The notes under the pieces: generated by a model
What the model saw: the letters and a program-made list of their open reading frames with translations, nothing else
Databases searched by the model: none
Told to the model about the DNA's origin: nothing
From: an uncultured Aliarcobacter sp.
Lineage (GTDB): Bacteria; Campylobacterota; Campylobacteria; Campylobacterales; Arcobacteraceae
Direction: 5' to 3'
DNA length: 64,000 bases
NCBI GenBank assembly: GCA_963677435.1
Contig: OY781945.1
Location: 1,632,001-1,696,000 of the forward strand
Translations under genes and position numbers: made by a program
Part shown: in pieces, positions 1 to 10,079 of the stretch
Numbering within the stretch: the stretch's first letter is position 1
Layout of the letters: every line of letters starts with the position of its first letter

Positions 1-741
1 TTTTTTAATAACTCTTATAATTCCTTCTCTTGTGTGAGATTCTGGATGATTAAATTGAACTACTGCGATTTCGCCACCTTGTACATTTGCGAATGCTTCT
101 TCGATTTTTTTAGCGCTATAAGTTGCACCAGCATCACCTAATACAGAAAAACCAACAACTTCATGTCTTAAACTATTTGCAATTTTTACAGCAACTTCAT
201 CATAATGAGCTGTTCCTGCACGGTAATATCTTGTTTTTTTATGAGTTATTGCTTCGATTTTTTTTGCGTTTAATTCTATTTCATCAACAAGTTCAGAAAT
301 ATTTGCAGTTCCTTGCATTCCATGTACAGATTTTCCATTTACAGATGCTGGTTTATATTCATAACCATGATTTTCTATTTCAAAAAGTGGATTTAAAGCT
401 AAAGTTTTTACTACTTCCATATTTTTATCAATCCATTTTCCCCCAACAAATAGTGTTGCAGGAATTTTTTCTTTTTCTAAATAAGCAATTAGATGGCTAT
501 CATATCCTGTTCCACCTTTTCTCCCTGAAGCATCAAGAGTAAGAGCAATAACTTTATTTTTTGTTTTAAGTTTGGTTTTAATACCTGCTACATTTTCTCC
601 CCATTCTTTAGGTTCTTTATTTTGGTATTTTTTCTCTACGGTTTGTTTTAATTTCTCATAATTATCACTAGAATTAGTAGAAGCCGAATTAGCATTTAAA
701 GCTAAAATACATAGAGTTAAAAAAATATAATATTTTTTCAT
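1..741 (-). CDS. Secreted polysaccharide deacetylase (NodB/CE4 family), 3' end runs off the window
   Basis: Manual translation from ATG at 741: MKKYYIFLTLCILALNANSA (signal peptide) ... IALTLDA ... IPATLFVGGKWI ... FEIENHG ... YYRAGTAHYD, matching CE4 motifs. AAGG RBS upstream. Absent from the ORF track because it has no stop in the window. Confidence 0.85.
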   Translation of the reverse strand, partial: MKKYYIFLTLCILALNANSASTNSSDNYEKLKQTVEKKYQNKEPKEWGENVAGIKTKLKTKNKVIALTLDASGRKGGTGYDSHLIAYLEKEKIPATLFVGGKWIDKNMEVVKTLALNPLFEIENHGYEYKPASVNGKSVHGMQGTANISELVDEIELNAKKIEAITHKKTRYYRAGTAHYDEVAVKIANSLRHEVVGFSVLGDAGATYSAKKIEEAFANVQGGEIAVVQFNHPESHTREGIIRVIKK

Positions 742-884
742 TTGTTACCTTTTATTTATTTTTTTTGTATTATACAATATATAGGTTATTATACTTGATT
801 TTGCTTATAGTTATTTAAACTAAATTTGATATGATTACAAATAAAATAATAAAATAAACTATATTTCTTTACTAAGGATTAAAT

Positions 885-1568
885 ATGAATGAAGAATTTA
901 ATGAATATTTCAACAGACAAATAAAACTTTGGGGTCAAGATACACAAGACTCTCTTCAAAATAAAAAAGTAGCAATCATTGGAAGTGGTGGTCTTGGTTG
1001 TACTTTAGGAATCGCTTTAGGAGCTTCTGGAATAGGGGAGTTTACTTTTGTGGATTTTGATACGGTTGGAGTTCATAATATCCATAGACAAATAGGTTTC
1101 AAAGTTGGTGATGATGGGAAATACAAAGCAGAAGTTTTAAAAGAACTTATGGAATCAAGATGTCCTTATGTAAAAGTAAATGCCTATACAGAAAGTTTTG
1201 ATGAGTTTGCAAAAAGAGATTTGACTTTTGATTTAATAATAGATGCAACTGATAATCTTCCAACACGAGCAGCTATAAATGAATATTGTATAAAACACAA
1301 TCAACCTTGGATTTATGGTAGCGTTGAAGAGTTTCATGGTCAAGTTTGTTTCTTTGAAAAAGCCTCTTATGAAGCAGTTTTTCAAATAAATGATAGAAAA
1401 CCAAATGGAATTGCTTGTCCAATAGTTATGCATATAGGTTCACTTCAAGCAAATTTAGCGCTTAGATACTTAGCTGGTCTTAGTGTAAAAAAAGATGTTT
1501 TATATTATCTATCGTTTGATAGCGAGGGTGTAATAAACACTAAAAAATTCAATCTTCCAACAGTTTAA
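885..1568 (+). CDS. HesA/MoeB/ThiF family adenylyltransferase
   Basis: YFNRQI, IIGSGGLGC, VDFDTV..NIHRQ, DATDN motifs. Confidence 0.9.
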   Translation: MNEEFNEYFNRQIKLWGQDTQDSLQNKKVAIIGSGGLGCTLGIALGASGIGEFTFVDFDTVGVHNIHRQIGFKVGDDGKYKAEVLKELMESRCPYVKVNAYTESFDEFAKRDLTFDLIIDATDNLPTRAAINEYCIKHNQPWIYGSVEEFHGQVCFFEKASYEAVFQINDRKPNGIACPIVMHIGSLQANLALRYLAGLSVKKDVLYYLSFDSEGVINTKKFNLPTV

Positions 1569-1583
1569 AATTAGGAGTAATAA

Positions 1584-2210
1584 ATGCTTTCACTAGAAAC
1601 GATAATAACTTTTTTCTCGGCTTCACTTTTATTAGCACTTGTGCCTGGACCTGATAATATCTTTGTTTTAACACAATCTATATTTCAAGGGAAAAAATCA
1701 GGATTGATGATAGTTTTTGGTTTATGTACAGGGCTTATTTTTCACACATTGGCTGTGAGTTTAGGTGTTGCTGTTATTTTTCAAACTTCTGTAATTGCCT
1801 TTACAATTCTAAAAATTGTTGGTGCTGTTTATCTTCTTTATCTTGCATGGCAAATTTTCCATGCTTCAAGTGAAAAGATTGATACAAAAAATAATAAATT
1901 TATTGATTATAAGAAACTTTATTATCGAGGAATTATTATGAATATTACAAACCCAAAAGTATCAATTTTTTTCTTGGCTTTTTTACCCCAATTTACAAAT
2001 GCAAATTTAGGTTTTGTACCATTTCAAATGATACTTTTAGGAGTTCTCTTTATAATAGCTACAGTTTTAGTATTTGGCTCAATAGCACTTCTTTCAGGTA
2101 CTTTAGCAAATGTTTTTAACAAATCTGAAAATTCTCAAATGATCTTAAATAAGCTGGCTTCATTTGTGTTTGTGGCACTTGCAGTAAAACTAGCAATGAC
2201 TAAACAATAG
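1584..2210 (+). CDS. LysE/RhtB family translocator
   Basis: PGPDN motif, GAVYLLYLAW, NITNPKV. Confidence 0.9.
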   Translation: MLSLETIITFFSASLLLALVPGPDNIFVLTQSIFQGKKSGLMIVFGLCTGLIFHTLAVSLGVAVIFQTSVIAFTILKIVGAVYLLYLAWQIFHASSEKIDTKNNKFIDYKKLYYRGIIMNITNPKVSIFFLAFLPQFTNANLGFVPFQMILLGVLFIIATVLVFGSIALLSGTLANVFNKSENSQMILNKLASFVFVALAVKLAMTKQ

Positions 2211-2284
2211 GCGTATAACCCAATCTTAAGACCTTTTTAGATACACTATCCGAATTTTATAAAATATATATACGGGGAATTTTT

Positions 2285-5200
2285 ATGCCAAAAAGAGAAG
2301 ATATAAAGTCTATTTTACTTATCGGTTCTGGGCCAATTGTTATTGGTCAAGCATGCGAGTTTGATTACTCTGGTACACAAGCTACAAAAACGCTGAAAGA
2401 ATTAGGATATAGAGTTGTTTTAATAAATTCTAATCCAGCAACGATCATGACTGATCCTGAATTTGCTGATAAAACTTACATTGAACCAATTACAGAAGCT
2501 GTAGTTGCGAAGATAATTGAAAAAGAAAAAATTGATGCTATATTACCTACTATGGGTGGACAAACAGCACTTAATGTTGCAACTTCAATGTATGATAAGG
2601 GAATGTTAGATGGTGTAGCTTTCCTTGGGGCTCATCCAGATGCAATTAAAAAAGGTGAAGATAGACATCTTTTTAATGAAGCAATGATAAAAATTGGTAT
2701 GGATTTACCAAGAAGTGCAAATGCTTATAGCGTTGAAGAAGCTATGAGAGTAGCAAAAGAAATTGGTTTCCCAGTAATCTCAAGAGCTTCATTTACACTT
2801 GCAGGTGGTGGGAGCGGTGTTGCTTATAATATGGAAGAATTCAAAAAACTTGCAGAAGCAGGGATAGAAGCATCTCCAATTAACGAAATTGAAATTATGG
2901 AATCTATGCTTGGATGGAAAGAATACGAGATGGAAGTTATCAGAGATAATAAAGATAACTGTATTATCGTATGTTCTATTGAAAACTTAGACCCAATGGG
3001 TGTACATACAGGAGATTCTGTAACAATTGCACCAGCTCTTACACTTACAGATAAAGAATATCAAGATATGAGAAATGCCTCTTTTGCAATTCTTAGAGAA
3101 ATTGGTGTTGATACTGGTGGTTCAAATGTTCAATTCTCAATCTGTCCAAATACAGGAAGAATGATTGTAATTGAAATGAATCCAAGGGTTTCAAGATCAT
3201 CTGCACTTGCATCAAAAGCAACTGGTTATCCAATCGCAAAAGTAGCAACATTACTAGCTGTTGGATTTACACTTGATGAAATTCAAAATGATATTACAGG
3301 AACAACTGCATCGTTTGAGCCAGTAATTGATTATGTTGTTACTAAAATCCCAAGATTTACTTTTGAAAAATTCCCTAAAGCAGACTCAACACTTACAACT
3401 TCTATGAAATCAGTTGGTGAAGTAATGGCAATTGGAAGAACATTTAACGAATCTATCCAAAAAGCTCTTTGTTCGCTAGAAACTGGACTTGTAGGATTTG
3501 ATAGAATCGCTGGTGATTTTGATTTCATTAAAAAAGAGATAAGAAGACCAAATGATAAAAGACTTTTATACCTAATGGAAGGTATGAGACAAGGTTTATC
3601 AAATGATGATATTTTTGAATTATCAAAAATTGACCCATGGTTCTTATCTAAATTCAGAGAAATATTTAACTTAGAAACATCAATAAATGAATCAATTTTA
3701 AGTGATGCTGATTTTATGAGAAAAATCAAAACAAATGGATTTAGCGATAAAATGATTGCAAATCTAATTGGTAAAACAGAAGAAGATGTATATCTTGCTA
3801 GAAAAGCTTTAGATGTTGATTTTGAGTACAACGAAGTTGATACTTGTGCAGCAGAATTTAAAGCTTTAACACCATATTTATATTCAACTACAAATATCAC
3901 AAAACTGCCAAAAGTTGCAAAAGTTGAATCAGACGAGAAAAAAGTAATGATTATTGGTGGTGGACCAAATAGAATTGGTCAAGGAATTGAGTTTGATTAT
4001 TGTTGTGTACACGCATCATTTGCATTAAATGAAATGGGTGTAAAAACAATTATGTATAACTGCAACCCTGAAACTGTATCAACAGATTATGATACTTCAG
4101 ATGTTTTATACTTTGAACCAATTGATTTTGAACATGTAAGAAGCGTAGTTGAAAAAGAGAATCCAGATGGTGTAATCGTACACTTTGGTGGACAAACTCC
4201 ACTTAAACTTGCAAATGCTTTAACAAAAGCAGGGGCGAAAATCATAGGAACAACTGCTGAAGTTATTGACTTAGCAGAAGACAGAAAAAAATTCTCAGCA
4301 TTTGTTGAAAATATTGGATTATTACAACCTGAAAATGGAACAGCTGTAGAAGTAACAGAAGCTATACAAATCGCTGAAAAAATTGGTTATCCAGTTTTAG
4401 TAAGACCTTCATTTGTACTTGGTGGAAGAGGAATGAAAATTGTTTATTCAACAGATGAATTAAAACAATACATGGACGAAGCAGTTTCAGTTTCAAATGA
4501 TGCACCTGTTTTAATAGACAAATTCTTAGATAGAGCAATTGAACTTGATGTTGATTGTATTTGTGATGGAAAAGAAGTTTATATTGGTGGAATTATGCAA
4601 CATATCGAAGAAGCTGGGATTCACTCAGGGGATTCAGCTTGTTCATTACCTCCAATCTCAATTTCAGATGATTTAATTAAACAATTAGAAACAAAAACAA
4701 AAGAGATGGCTTTAGGTCTTGGTGTTGTTGGTTTAATGAATACTCAATATGCAATTCACAAAGGTCAAATTTACCTAATTGAAGTAAATCCAAGAGCTTC
4801 TAGAACAGTTCCATTTGTATCAAAAGCTACAGGAATGCCACTTGCAAAAGTTGCAACTAGAGTTATGTGGGGTGAAACTTTAAGAGCTGCATTAGCTGTT
4901 TATGATAAAGATATTGTAACTGAGGGTAATGGTGTATTAAAACCAAAATTAAAAGGTCATGTAGCTGTTAAAGAAGCTGTATTCCCATTTAATAAATTAT
5001 CTGGTGCTGATTTATTATTAAGTCCTGAAATGAAATCAACTGGTGAAGTTATGGGTATTTCTGATAGTTTTGGAATGGCATTTGCTAAATCACAAACTGC
5101 TGCAAAAAATGACCTTCCAAAAGGTGGAAAAGTATTTATTTCATTATGTGATTTAGATAAAGAGTTTGCACCAAGTATCGCAAAAGGTTTAAGTGAAAAT

Positions 5201-5527
5201 GGCTTTACAATCGTAGCAACGGGTGGAACTTATACTATTATAAATGAAGCTGGTGTTGCTTGTGAAAAAGTATTAAAAGTTAGTGAGGGAAGACCAAATA
5301 TCACAGATTTACTTACAAATGGTGATATTGCAATGGCAATTAACACAAGTGAAGCAAAAGAGTCATCAAAAGATGATGGTAAAGATATTAGAAGATCAGT
5401 TTTAAGAATGAATGTTCCATACTTTACAACAGTAGCAGCTGCAAATGCCGCAGTTGAAGCAATCAAAGTTTTAAAAACAAATGATGTTTCAACACCTAAA
5501 TCAATCCAAGAATTCTTAAACGATTAA
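2285..5527 (+). CDS. carB: Carbamoyl-phosphate synthase large subunit
   Basis: [31 protein letters not shown]-terminus, duplicated ATP-grasp halves, C-terminal MGS domain, 1080 aa. Confidence 0.99.
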   Translation: MPKREDIKSILLIGSGPIVIGQACEFDYSGTQATKTLKELGYRVVLINSNPATIMTDPEFADKTYIEPITEAVVAKIIEKEKIDAILPTMGGQTALNVATSMYDKGMLDGVAFLGAHPDAIKKGEDRHLFNEAMIKIGMDLPRSANAYSVEEAMRVAKEIGFPVISRASFTLAGGGSGVAYNMEEFKKLAEAGIEASPINEIEIMESMLGWKEYEMEVIRDNKDNCIIVCSIENLDPMGVHTGDSVTIAPALTLTDKEYQDMRNASFAILREIGVDTGGSNVQFSICPNTGRMIVIEMNPRVSRSSALASKATGYPIAKVATLLAVGFTLDEIQNDITGTTASFEPVIDYVVTKIPRFTFEKFPKADSTLTTSMKSVGEVMAIGRTFNESIQKALCSLETGLVGFDRIAGDFDFIKKEIRRPNDKRLLYLMEGMRQGLSNDDIFELSKIDPWFLSKFREIFNLETSINESILSDADFMRKIKTNGFSDKMIANLIGKTEEDVYLARKALDVDFEYNEVDTCAAEFKALTPYLYSTTNITKLPKVAKVESDEKKVMIIGGGPNRIGQGIEFDYCCVHASFALNEMGVKTIMYNCNPETVSTDYDTSDVLYFEPIDFEHVRSVVEKENPDGVIVHFGGQTPLKLANALTKAGAKIIGTTAEVIDLAEDRKKFSAFVENIGLLQPENGTAVEVTEAIQIAEKIGYPVLVRPSFVLGGRGMKIVYSTDELKQYMDEAVSVSNDAPVLIDKFLDRAIELDVDCICDGKEVYIGGIMQHIEEAGIHSGDSACSLPPISISDDLIKQLETKTKEMALGLGVVGLMNTQYAIHKGQIYLIEVNPRASRTVPFVSKATGMPLAKVATRVMWGETLRAALAVYDKDIVTEGNGVLKPKLKGHVAVKEAVFPFNKLSGADLLLSPEMKSTGEVMGISDSFGMAFAKSQTAAKNDLPKGGKVFISLCDLDKEFAPSIAKGLSENGFTIVATGGTYTIINEAGVACEKVLKVSEGRPNITDLLTNGDIAMAINTSEAKESSKDDGKDIRRSVLRMNVPYFTTVAAANAAVEAIKVLKTNDVSTPKSIQEFLND

Positions 5528-5533
5528 GAGCTC

Positions 5534-5977
5534 ATGGATTCTTCTTTAGTTTATCTAGTACAAACTGATACAACAGTGGGTTTCTCATCTTATAATGATG
5601 AGAAACTCTCTTTAATAAAACAAAGACCTACATCAAAAAAAATACTTCATACAGTGGATTCTTTTAAGACTTTAACTCAGCATACACGAGTTCCAAAAAG
5701 TTTTAGAAAAAAAGTAAGAAATAGTAAAAGAACAACTTTTGTATATCCAAATACAAAGTCATTTAGAGTTGTGCCTAAAAATTCTGATTTTTATGATTTT
5801 ATTCATAAATTCAATATTTTGTATTCAACATCAGCAAATAAAACAGCTGAAAGTTTTGATAAAGATTTTGCAACAATTGGAGCTGATATTTTAGTTGAAG
5901 ATAAAAAAGGTTTTTATGAGACAAAAGCTTCAACAATAATAAAACTCTCGAAAAAAGCCCTAAAGAAACTAAGATAA
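5534..5977 (+). CDS. Short Sua5/YciO/YrdC family protein (TsaC-like)
   Basis: LVQTDTTVGF and YSTSAN motifs of the short Campylobacterota YrdC form. Confidence 0.8.
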   Translation: MDSSLVYLVQTDTTVGFSSYNDEKLSLIKQRPTSKKILHTVDSFKTLTQHTRVPKSFRKKVRNSKRTTFVYPNTKSFRVVPKNSDFYDFIHKFNILYSTSANKTAESFDKDFATIGADILVEDKKGFYETKASTIIKLSKKALKKLR

Positions 5978-6037
5978 TAATCAGTTTTAAGCAAAAACAA
6001 ACTCAAACTAAAATATAATCCTACTCCTAAAAAAATT

Positions 6038-6113
6038 GACCCTGTCGTCTAGTGGCCAAGGACGTCTGGATTTCCTCCAGAACACGCATGTTCGAATCAT
6101 GCTGGGGTCGCCA
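6038..6113 (+). tRNA. tRNA-Glu (anticodon TTC)
   Basis: Cloverleaf: acceptor GACCCTG/TGGGGTC, D arm GTC...GAC, anticodon stem TCTGG/CCAGA with loop ATTTCCT, T arm GCATG-TTCGAAT-CATGC, encoded CCA. TATAAT at 6014-6019. Confidence 0.92.
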
Positions 6114-6244
6114 TTGATTTAAAGGGCTTTGTTGAAATTTACATTCCCTCTAAAGATGAAAAAATCTAATACTTTACTACTAATATATCTTCTTTTAATT
6201 ATTTTAATAAAAATAATTTGATTTCTTAAGTATCTAAAATAAAA

Positions 6245-6520
6245 TAAGTGGAGTATAAATTAAATTGAAAAATATACTAAAGAATTTAAAGATTCAATAA
6301 TTGAACTTGTAATTAATAATAAATCAACATATAAAATAGCACAAAATTTAGATATTAATGAAACTTAATATAGCTAGATAAAGGCATATAAAAAAGTAAA
6401 TAATATTCATTCAGATTACGAAAAAGTATCCAAAAATCTTTTCAAGAGAAACTTATGGTATAAGGATATTCAAAGAAATTCTTATAGATATGGATTTGTT
6501 GTTTCTAAAAGAAATATTTG
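6245..6520 (+). mobile_element. Degraded IS3-family transposase remnant (OrfA and OrfB fragments)
   Basis: Translation KYTKEFKDSIIELVINNKSTYKIAQNLDINET*..*IKAYKK resembles the IS3 OrfA HTH; SRETYGIR...RYGFVVSKRNI resembles the OrfB N-terminus; stops and deletions throughout. Boundaries approximate. Confidence 0.7.
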
Positions 6521-6559
6521 ATTGTTTTTATCCTAAAAATGTTGAAAAATCAGAAAATT

Positions 6560-6568
6560 TGGTATAAT
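6560..6568 (+). promoter_or_regulatory. Extended -10 sigma70 promoter (TGnTATAAT) for the island operon
   Basis: TGGTATAAT about 50 bp upstream of the 6618 start. Confidence 0.55.
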
Positions 6569-6617
6569 GCAAAAAAATATAAATAATTTAGTTAAATAAT
6601 GTAAAAAAGGGTAATAA

Positions 6618-6995
6618 TTGAAAAACTCATTACAAAATCAATTCATATATTTAATGTGTTTAATATTTTTAATTTTTGCTTTTTTACCTGTGCTAAAAAG
6701 TGAAAAAATAAATATAATATTCATTATTTTACCTTTTGTCATATTTTTGATGAATGTGTTTTTCCCAAAGCTATTTACACCTATTTTTTTAGCGTGGATG
6801 TTTATAGGTAAAATTTTAGAAAAAATAATTCCACCAATAATAATGAGTATAATTTTTTTTACTTTATTCTTGCCAATTGGTTTTTTTTTAAAGCTAATTG
6901 GAAAAGATTTACTTAATAAAAAATTTGAAAAAGAAAAAGAATCTTACTGGATTATTAGAAATGAAGAAATTCAATCAATGAGGTATCAATTTTAA
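6618..6995 (+). CDS. SxtJ-family membrane protein
   Basis: Hydrophobic 125 aa with WMFIG..L..I..PIIMSIIFF.LF.PIG...L.GKDLL...ESYWI and terminal QF; sits beside a carbamoyltransferase as SxtJ does. Confidence 0.75.
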   Translation: MKNSLQNQFIYLMCLIFLIFAFLPVLKSEKINIIFIILPFVIFLMNVFFPKLFTPIFLAWMFIGKILEKIIPPIIMSIIFFTLFLPIGFFLKLIGKDLLNKKFEKEKESYWIIRNEEIQSMRYQF

Positions 6996-6997
6996 TT

Positions 6998-7150
6998 ATG
7001 ATTAGTTTTATTAAAGAAATGTGGCTTTTTTTAAAAATAAGAAAAAAATTTTGGTTATTACCAATTATTATAATAATGCTTTTAATGTCTTTTATTATTG
7101 TTTTTTCTCAAGGAACTGTAATATCACCTTTTGTTTATACACTATTTTAA
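6998..7150 (+). CDS. SxtK/DUF5989-like 50-aa membrane peptide ending in PFVYTLF
   Basis: Manual translation MISFIKEMWLFLKIRKKFWLLPIIIIMLLMSFIIVFSQGTVISPFVYTLF*; fills the gap between its neighbours (2 bp and 1 bp spacing); too short for the ORF track. Confidence 0.88.
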   Translation: MISFIKEMWLFLKIRKKFWLLPIIIIMLLMSFIIVFSQGTVISPFVYTLF

Positions 7151-7151
7151 T

Positions 7152-8984
7152 ATGAGTTATATATTAGGTATTTCTGCATATTATCATGATAGTGCAGCAG
7201 CATTAATTAAAAATGGTGAAATTATTTCAGCGGTACAAGAAGAACGATTCACAAGAAAAAAGAATGACCCTTCTTTCCCTATAAACTCAATTAAATATAT
7301 ATTAAGAGATTCAAATATAACTATTTCTGAAATTGATTATATTGTATTTTATGATAAGCCATTTCTTAAATTTGAAAGACTTTTAGAAACTTATTTATCA
7401 TTTGCACCAAGAGGACTTTTATCGTTTATAGTATCTATGCCTTTATGGCTAAAAGAAAAATTATTTTTAAAAAGAGATATAATTTCAGAACTTAAGTTGT
7501 TAGATAGTAATTTTAATGAAAAAAAACTTTTATTTAGTGAACATCATTTCAGTCATGCAGCAAGTGCTTTTTATCCATCAAATTTTAAAGAAGCAATTGT
7601 TTTGGTTGTTGATGGAGTAGGAGAATGGGTAACTAGTACTATTGCTATTGGCAAAGAATCGAACATAAATGTAGTAAAAGAGATTCATTTTCCACATTCT
7701 TTGGGATTATTATACTCCGCATTTACATATTATTGTGGATTTAAAGTTAATAGTGGAGAATATAAACTAATGGGTCTTGCACCATATGGTAAACCTGTAT
7801 ATGAAGATACAATACTAAATAATTTAATTGATTTGAAAGATGATGGCTCGTTTAAATTAAATCAAAAATATTTTAGCTACGCAACAGATTTAAAAATGAT
7901 AAACAATAGTTTTTGTAAATTATTTTCTATGCCTATTCGGAAACCAGATGAAGAGTTGACTCAATTTTATATGGATATTGCAGCTTCTATTCAATCTGTT
8001 ACCGAAACTATTATGCTAAAGATAACTCGTCATTTAGCAGATACATACAAGATTGAAAATCTTTGTTTAGCTGGTGGAGTTGCATTAAATTGTGTGGCAA
8101 ATGGTAAAATTTTTAAAGATAAAAGATTTAAGAATATATGGATACAACCTGCTGCTGGTGATTCAGGTGGCGCAATTGGTGCGGCATTAGCAGCATGGCA
8201 TATTGAATTAAAGAACCCTCGACTATATGGAAAAGGTGATTTAATGAAAGGTTCTTACTTAGGCCCTTCTTTTTCAGACAAGCAGGTAGAATTTCAAATA
8301 TCTTCTTTAAATGCAATTTATGAGATATTTGAAGAAAAAGATTTAATACAAAAAGTGGCAAAAGATTTATTAAATGGAAAAGCAGTGGGATGGTTTCAAG
8401 GTAAAATGGAATTTGGACCTAGAGCATTGGGTAATAGATCAATATTAGCAAATCCATTAATGCCTGAAATACAATCAAGATTAAATTTACAAATAAAAAA
8501 TAGAGAAAGTTTTCGTCCCTTTGCTCCCTCAATTTTAAGTGAAAATGTTAAAGAATGGTTTGATTTTGATGATTCTAGTCCTTATATGCTTTTTGTAGCA
8601 AATGTTAATGAAAATAAATTAAAAAAAATCTCTCAAGATGAAGAAAAAATAGAAGGTTTAAACAAACTAAAAATTGTTAGGTCTGAAATTCCTGCTGTAA
8701 CACACATTGATAACAGTGCAAGGCTTCAAACTGTACACAAAGAAACAAATCATAAATATCATTCTTTAATTAGTGCATTTAACGATCTTAGTGGCTGTCC
8801 GATATTGGTGAATACTTCTTTTAATGTAAGAGGAGAACCTATAGTTTGTACACCTAGAGATGCTTTTGAATGTTTTATTAGTACAGACATGGATATTTTA
8901 GTTATTAATAATTTTTATTTACAAAAAAATAAGCAACAGGTGAAAACAATATTGAATCAAAAAAATTTTGCAAAAGAAGATTAA
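7152..8984 (+). CDS. O-carbamoyltransferase (NodU/CmcH/SxtI family)
   Basis: ILGISAYYHDSAA, QEERFTR, EHHFSHAASAF, GEYKLMGLAPYG, AGGVALNC, EFGPRALGNRSI, RESFRPFAP, NTSFNVRGEPIV. Start reassigned to the ATG at 7152. Confidence 0.95.
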   Translation: MSYILGISAYYHDSAAALIKNGEIISAVQEERFTRKKNDPSFPINSIKYILRDSNITISEIDYIVFYDKPFLKFERLLETYLSFAPRGLLSFIVSMPLWLKEKLFLKRDIISELKLLDSNFNEKKLLFSEHHFSHAASAFYPSNFKEAIVLVVDGVGEWVTSTIAIGKESNINVVKEIHFPHSLGLLYSAFTYYCGFKVNSGEYKLMGLAPYGKPVYEDTILNNLIDLKDDGSFKLNQKYFSYATDLKMINNSFCKLFSMPIRKPDEELTQFYMDIAASIQSVTETIMLKITRHLADTYKIENLCLAGGVALNCVANGKIFKDKRFKNIWIQPAAGDSGGAIGAALAAWHIELKNPRLYGKGDLMKGSYLGPSFSDKQVEFQISSLNAIYEIFEEKDLIQKVAKDLLNGKAVGWFQGKMEFGPRALGNRSILANPLMPEIQSRLNLQIKNRESFRPFAPSILSENVKEWFDFDDSSPYMLFVANVNENKLKKISQDEEKIEGLNKLKIVRSEIPAVTHIDNSARLQTVHKETNHKYHSLISAFNDLSGCPILVNTSFNVRGEPIVCTPRDAFECFISTDMDILVINNFYLQKNKQQVKTILNQKNFAKED

Positions 8985-8987
8985 TTT

Positions 8988-10079
8988 ATGAAAGAACCTT
9001 TAAAAATACTTTTTATAAATCTAGTTATTTTTTTTACTATTATTGGTTGTATATTTTTTATTCCTATATTAACTTTTCAAACATATCAACTTATAAAAAT
9101 CATTTTACCTCAATCGAAAGAGAATAAAAATATTTCACAAGAATTTTTAAAAGAATATAGGAATGTTCAATATAGATACCGAGATTTTGTAGTTAAAGAG
9201 CCTATCCCTTTTAATGGCAAAATTATTACAATACAACAAGATGGAAATAGATTTACAAGTTTACCTACAAATTATGATAAAAATGTTTCAAAATATCTTT
9301 TTTTTGGGTCATCTACAATATGGGGCTATGGTGTAGCCAATGAAAAAACTATTCCATCTATATTCGCAACAAAATATAATATGTACTCTCTAAATTATGC
9401 TGATGTTGGATACTCAGTAAGACAATCCTTAGAAAAACTTATAAATTTATATGTCGACTACGATGATTCTAGAAAAAATATTATTTTATTTAATGATGGA
9501 CCAATGGATGCATTCTTAATGAATACTCAAAAAGAATTAAAATTACATACAAGCTATACAAAAAATATAGAAGAAAGTATAAAATCAAATGCCCCTTTAT
9601 CATTTAGTTATTTAATAAATCCTTTAAATGAATTTATATCAAAGATTAACCCAAAATTTTCAAAAAAAGAAAATGAAGAAATGAATTTTGAAATGGATAA
9701 AGAAAAAATTGACTTTATAGTTAATCAAATAATAAAAACTTGGAATATTGCAAATAGTTTGGCTGTTTCTAGGAATGATCAATTTATTGCAATTTTGCCA
9801 CCTATTGCGTCTGTTGGAACACCTATCTTAAAAAATTTAACGACAAAAGATTTAAAGAAATTAGAAGAAATTGTATATATGAAAGAGCTGTATTCTTTAA
9901 TTATTAAAAATATGAACGAATATCCTAATATTAAATTCATAGATTTATCAGATATTTTCAATGATAAGTCAGAATGTTATAGTGATTTTTCTCATTATAC
10001 ATATCAAGGGAATATAATCTATGCTGAAGAACTTAAAAGAAGACTCGATAACATACTTTCTATAGGAGATAAAAAATGA
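8988..10079 (+). CDS. Membrane-anchored SGNH/GDSL hydrolase-fold protein
   Basis: N-terminal TM helix, block I FFGSSTIWGYG, C-terminal DFSHY (DxxH). Confidence 0.75.
   Translation: MKEPLKILFINLVIFFTIIGCIFFIPILTFQTYQLIKIILPQSKENKNISQEFLKEYRNVQYRYRDFVVKEPIPFNGKIITIQQDGNRFTSLPTNYDKNVSKYLFFGSSTIWGYGVANEKTIPSIFATKYNMYSLNYADVGYSVRQSLEKLINLYVDYDDSRKNIILFNDGPMDAFLMNTQKELKLHTSYTKNIEESIKSNAPLSFSYLINPLNEFISKINPKFSKKENEEMNFEMDKEKIDFIVNQIIKTWNIANSLAVSRNDQFIAILPPIASVGTPILKNLTTKDLKKLEEIVYMKELYSLIIKNMNEYPNIKFIDLSDIFNDKSECYSDFSHYTYQGNIIYAEELKRRLDNILSIGDKK

Noticed and set aside
123..542. 139-aa plus-strand ORF
   Set aside because: Antisense shadow of the polysaccharide deacetylase; no recognisable motifs.
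3331..3900. 189-aa minus-strand ORF (also 5230..5466)
   Set aside because: Antisense to carB.
7131..7151. TTG start given for the carbamoyltransferase
   Set aside because: Overlaps the SxtK-like gene; the family N-terminus begins at ATG 7152.
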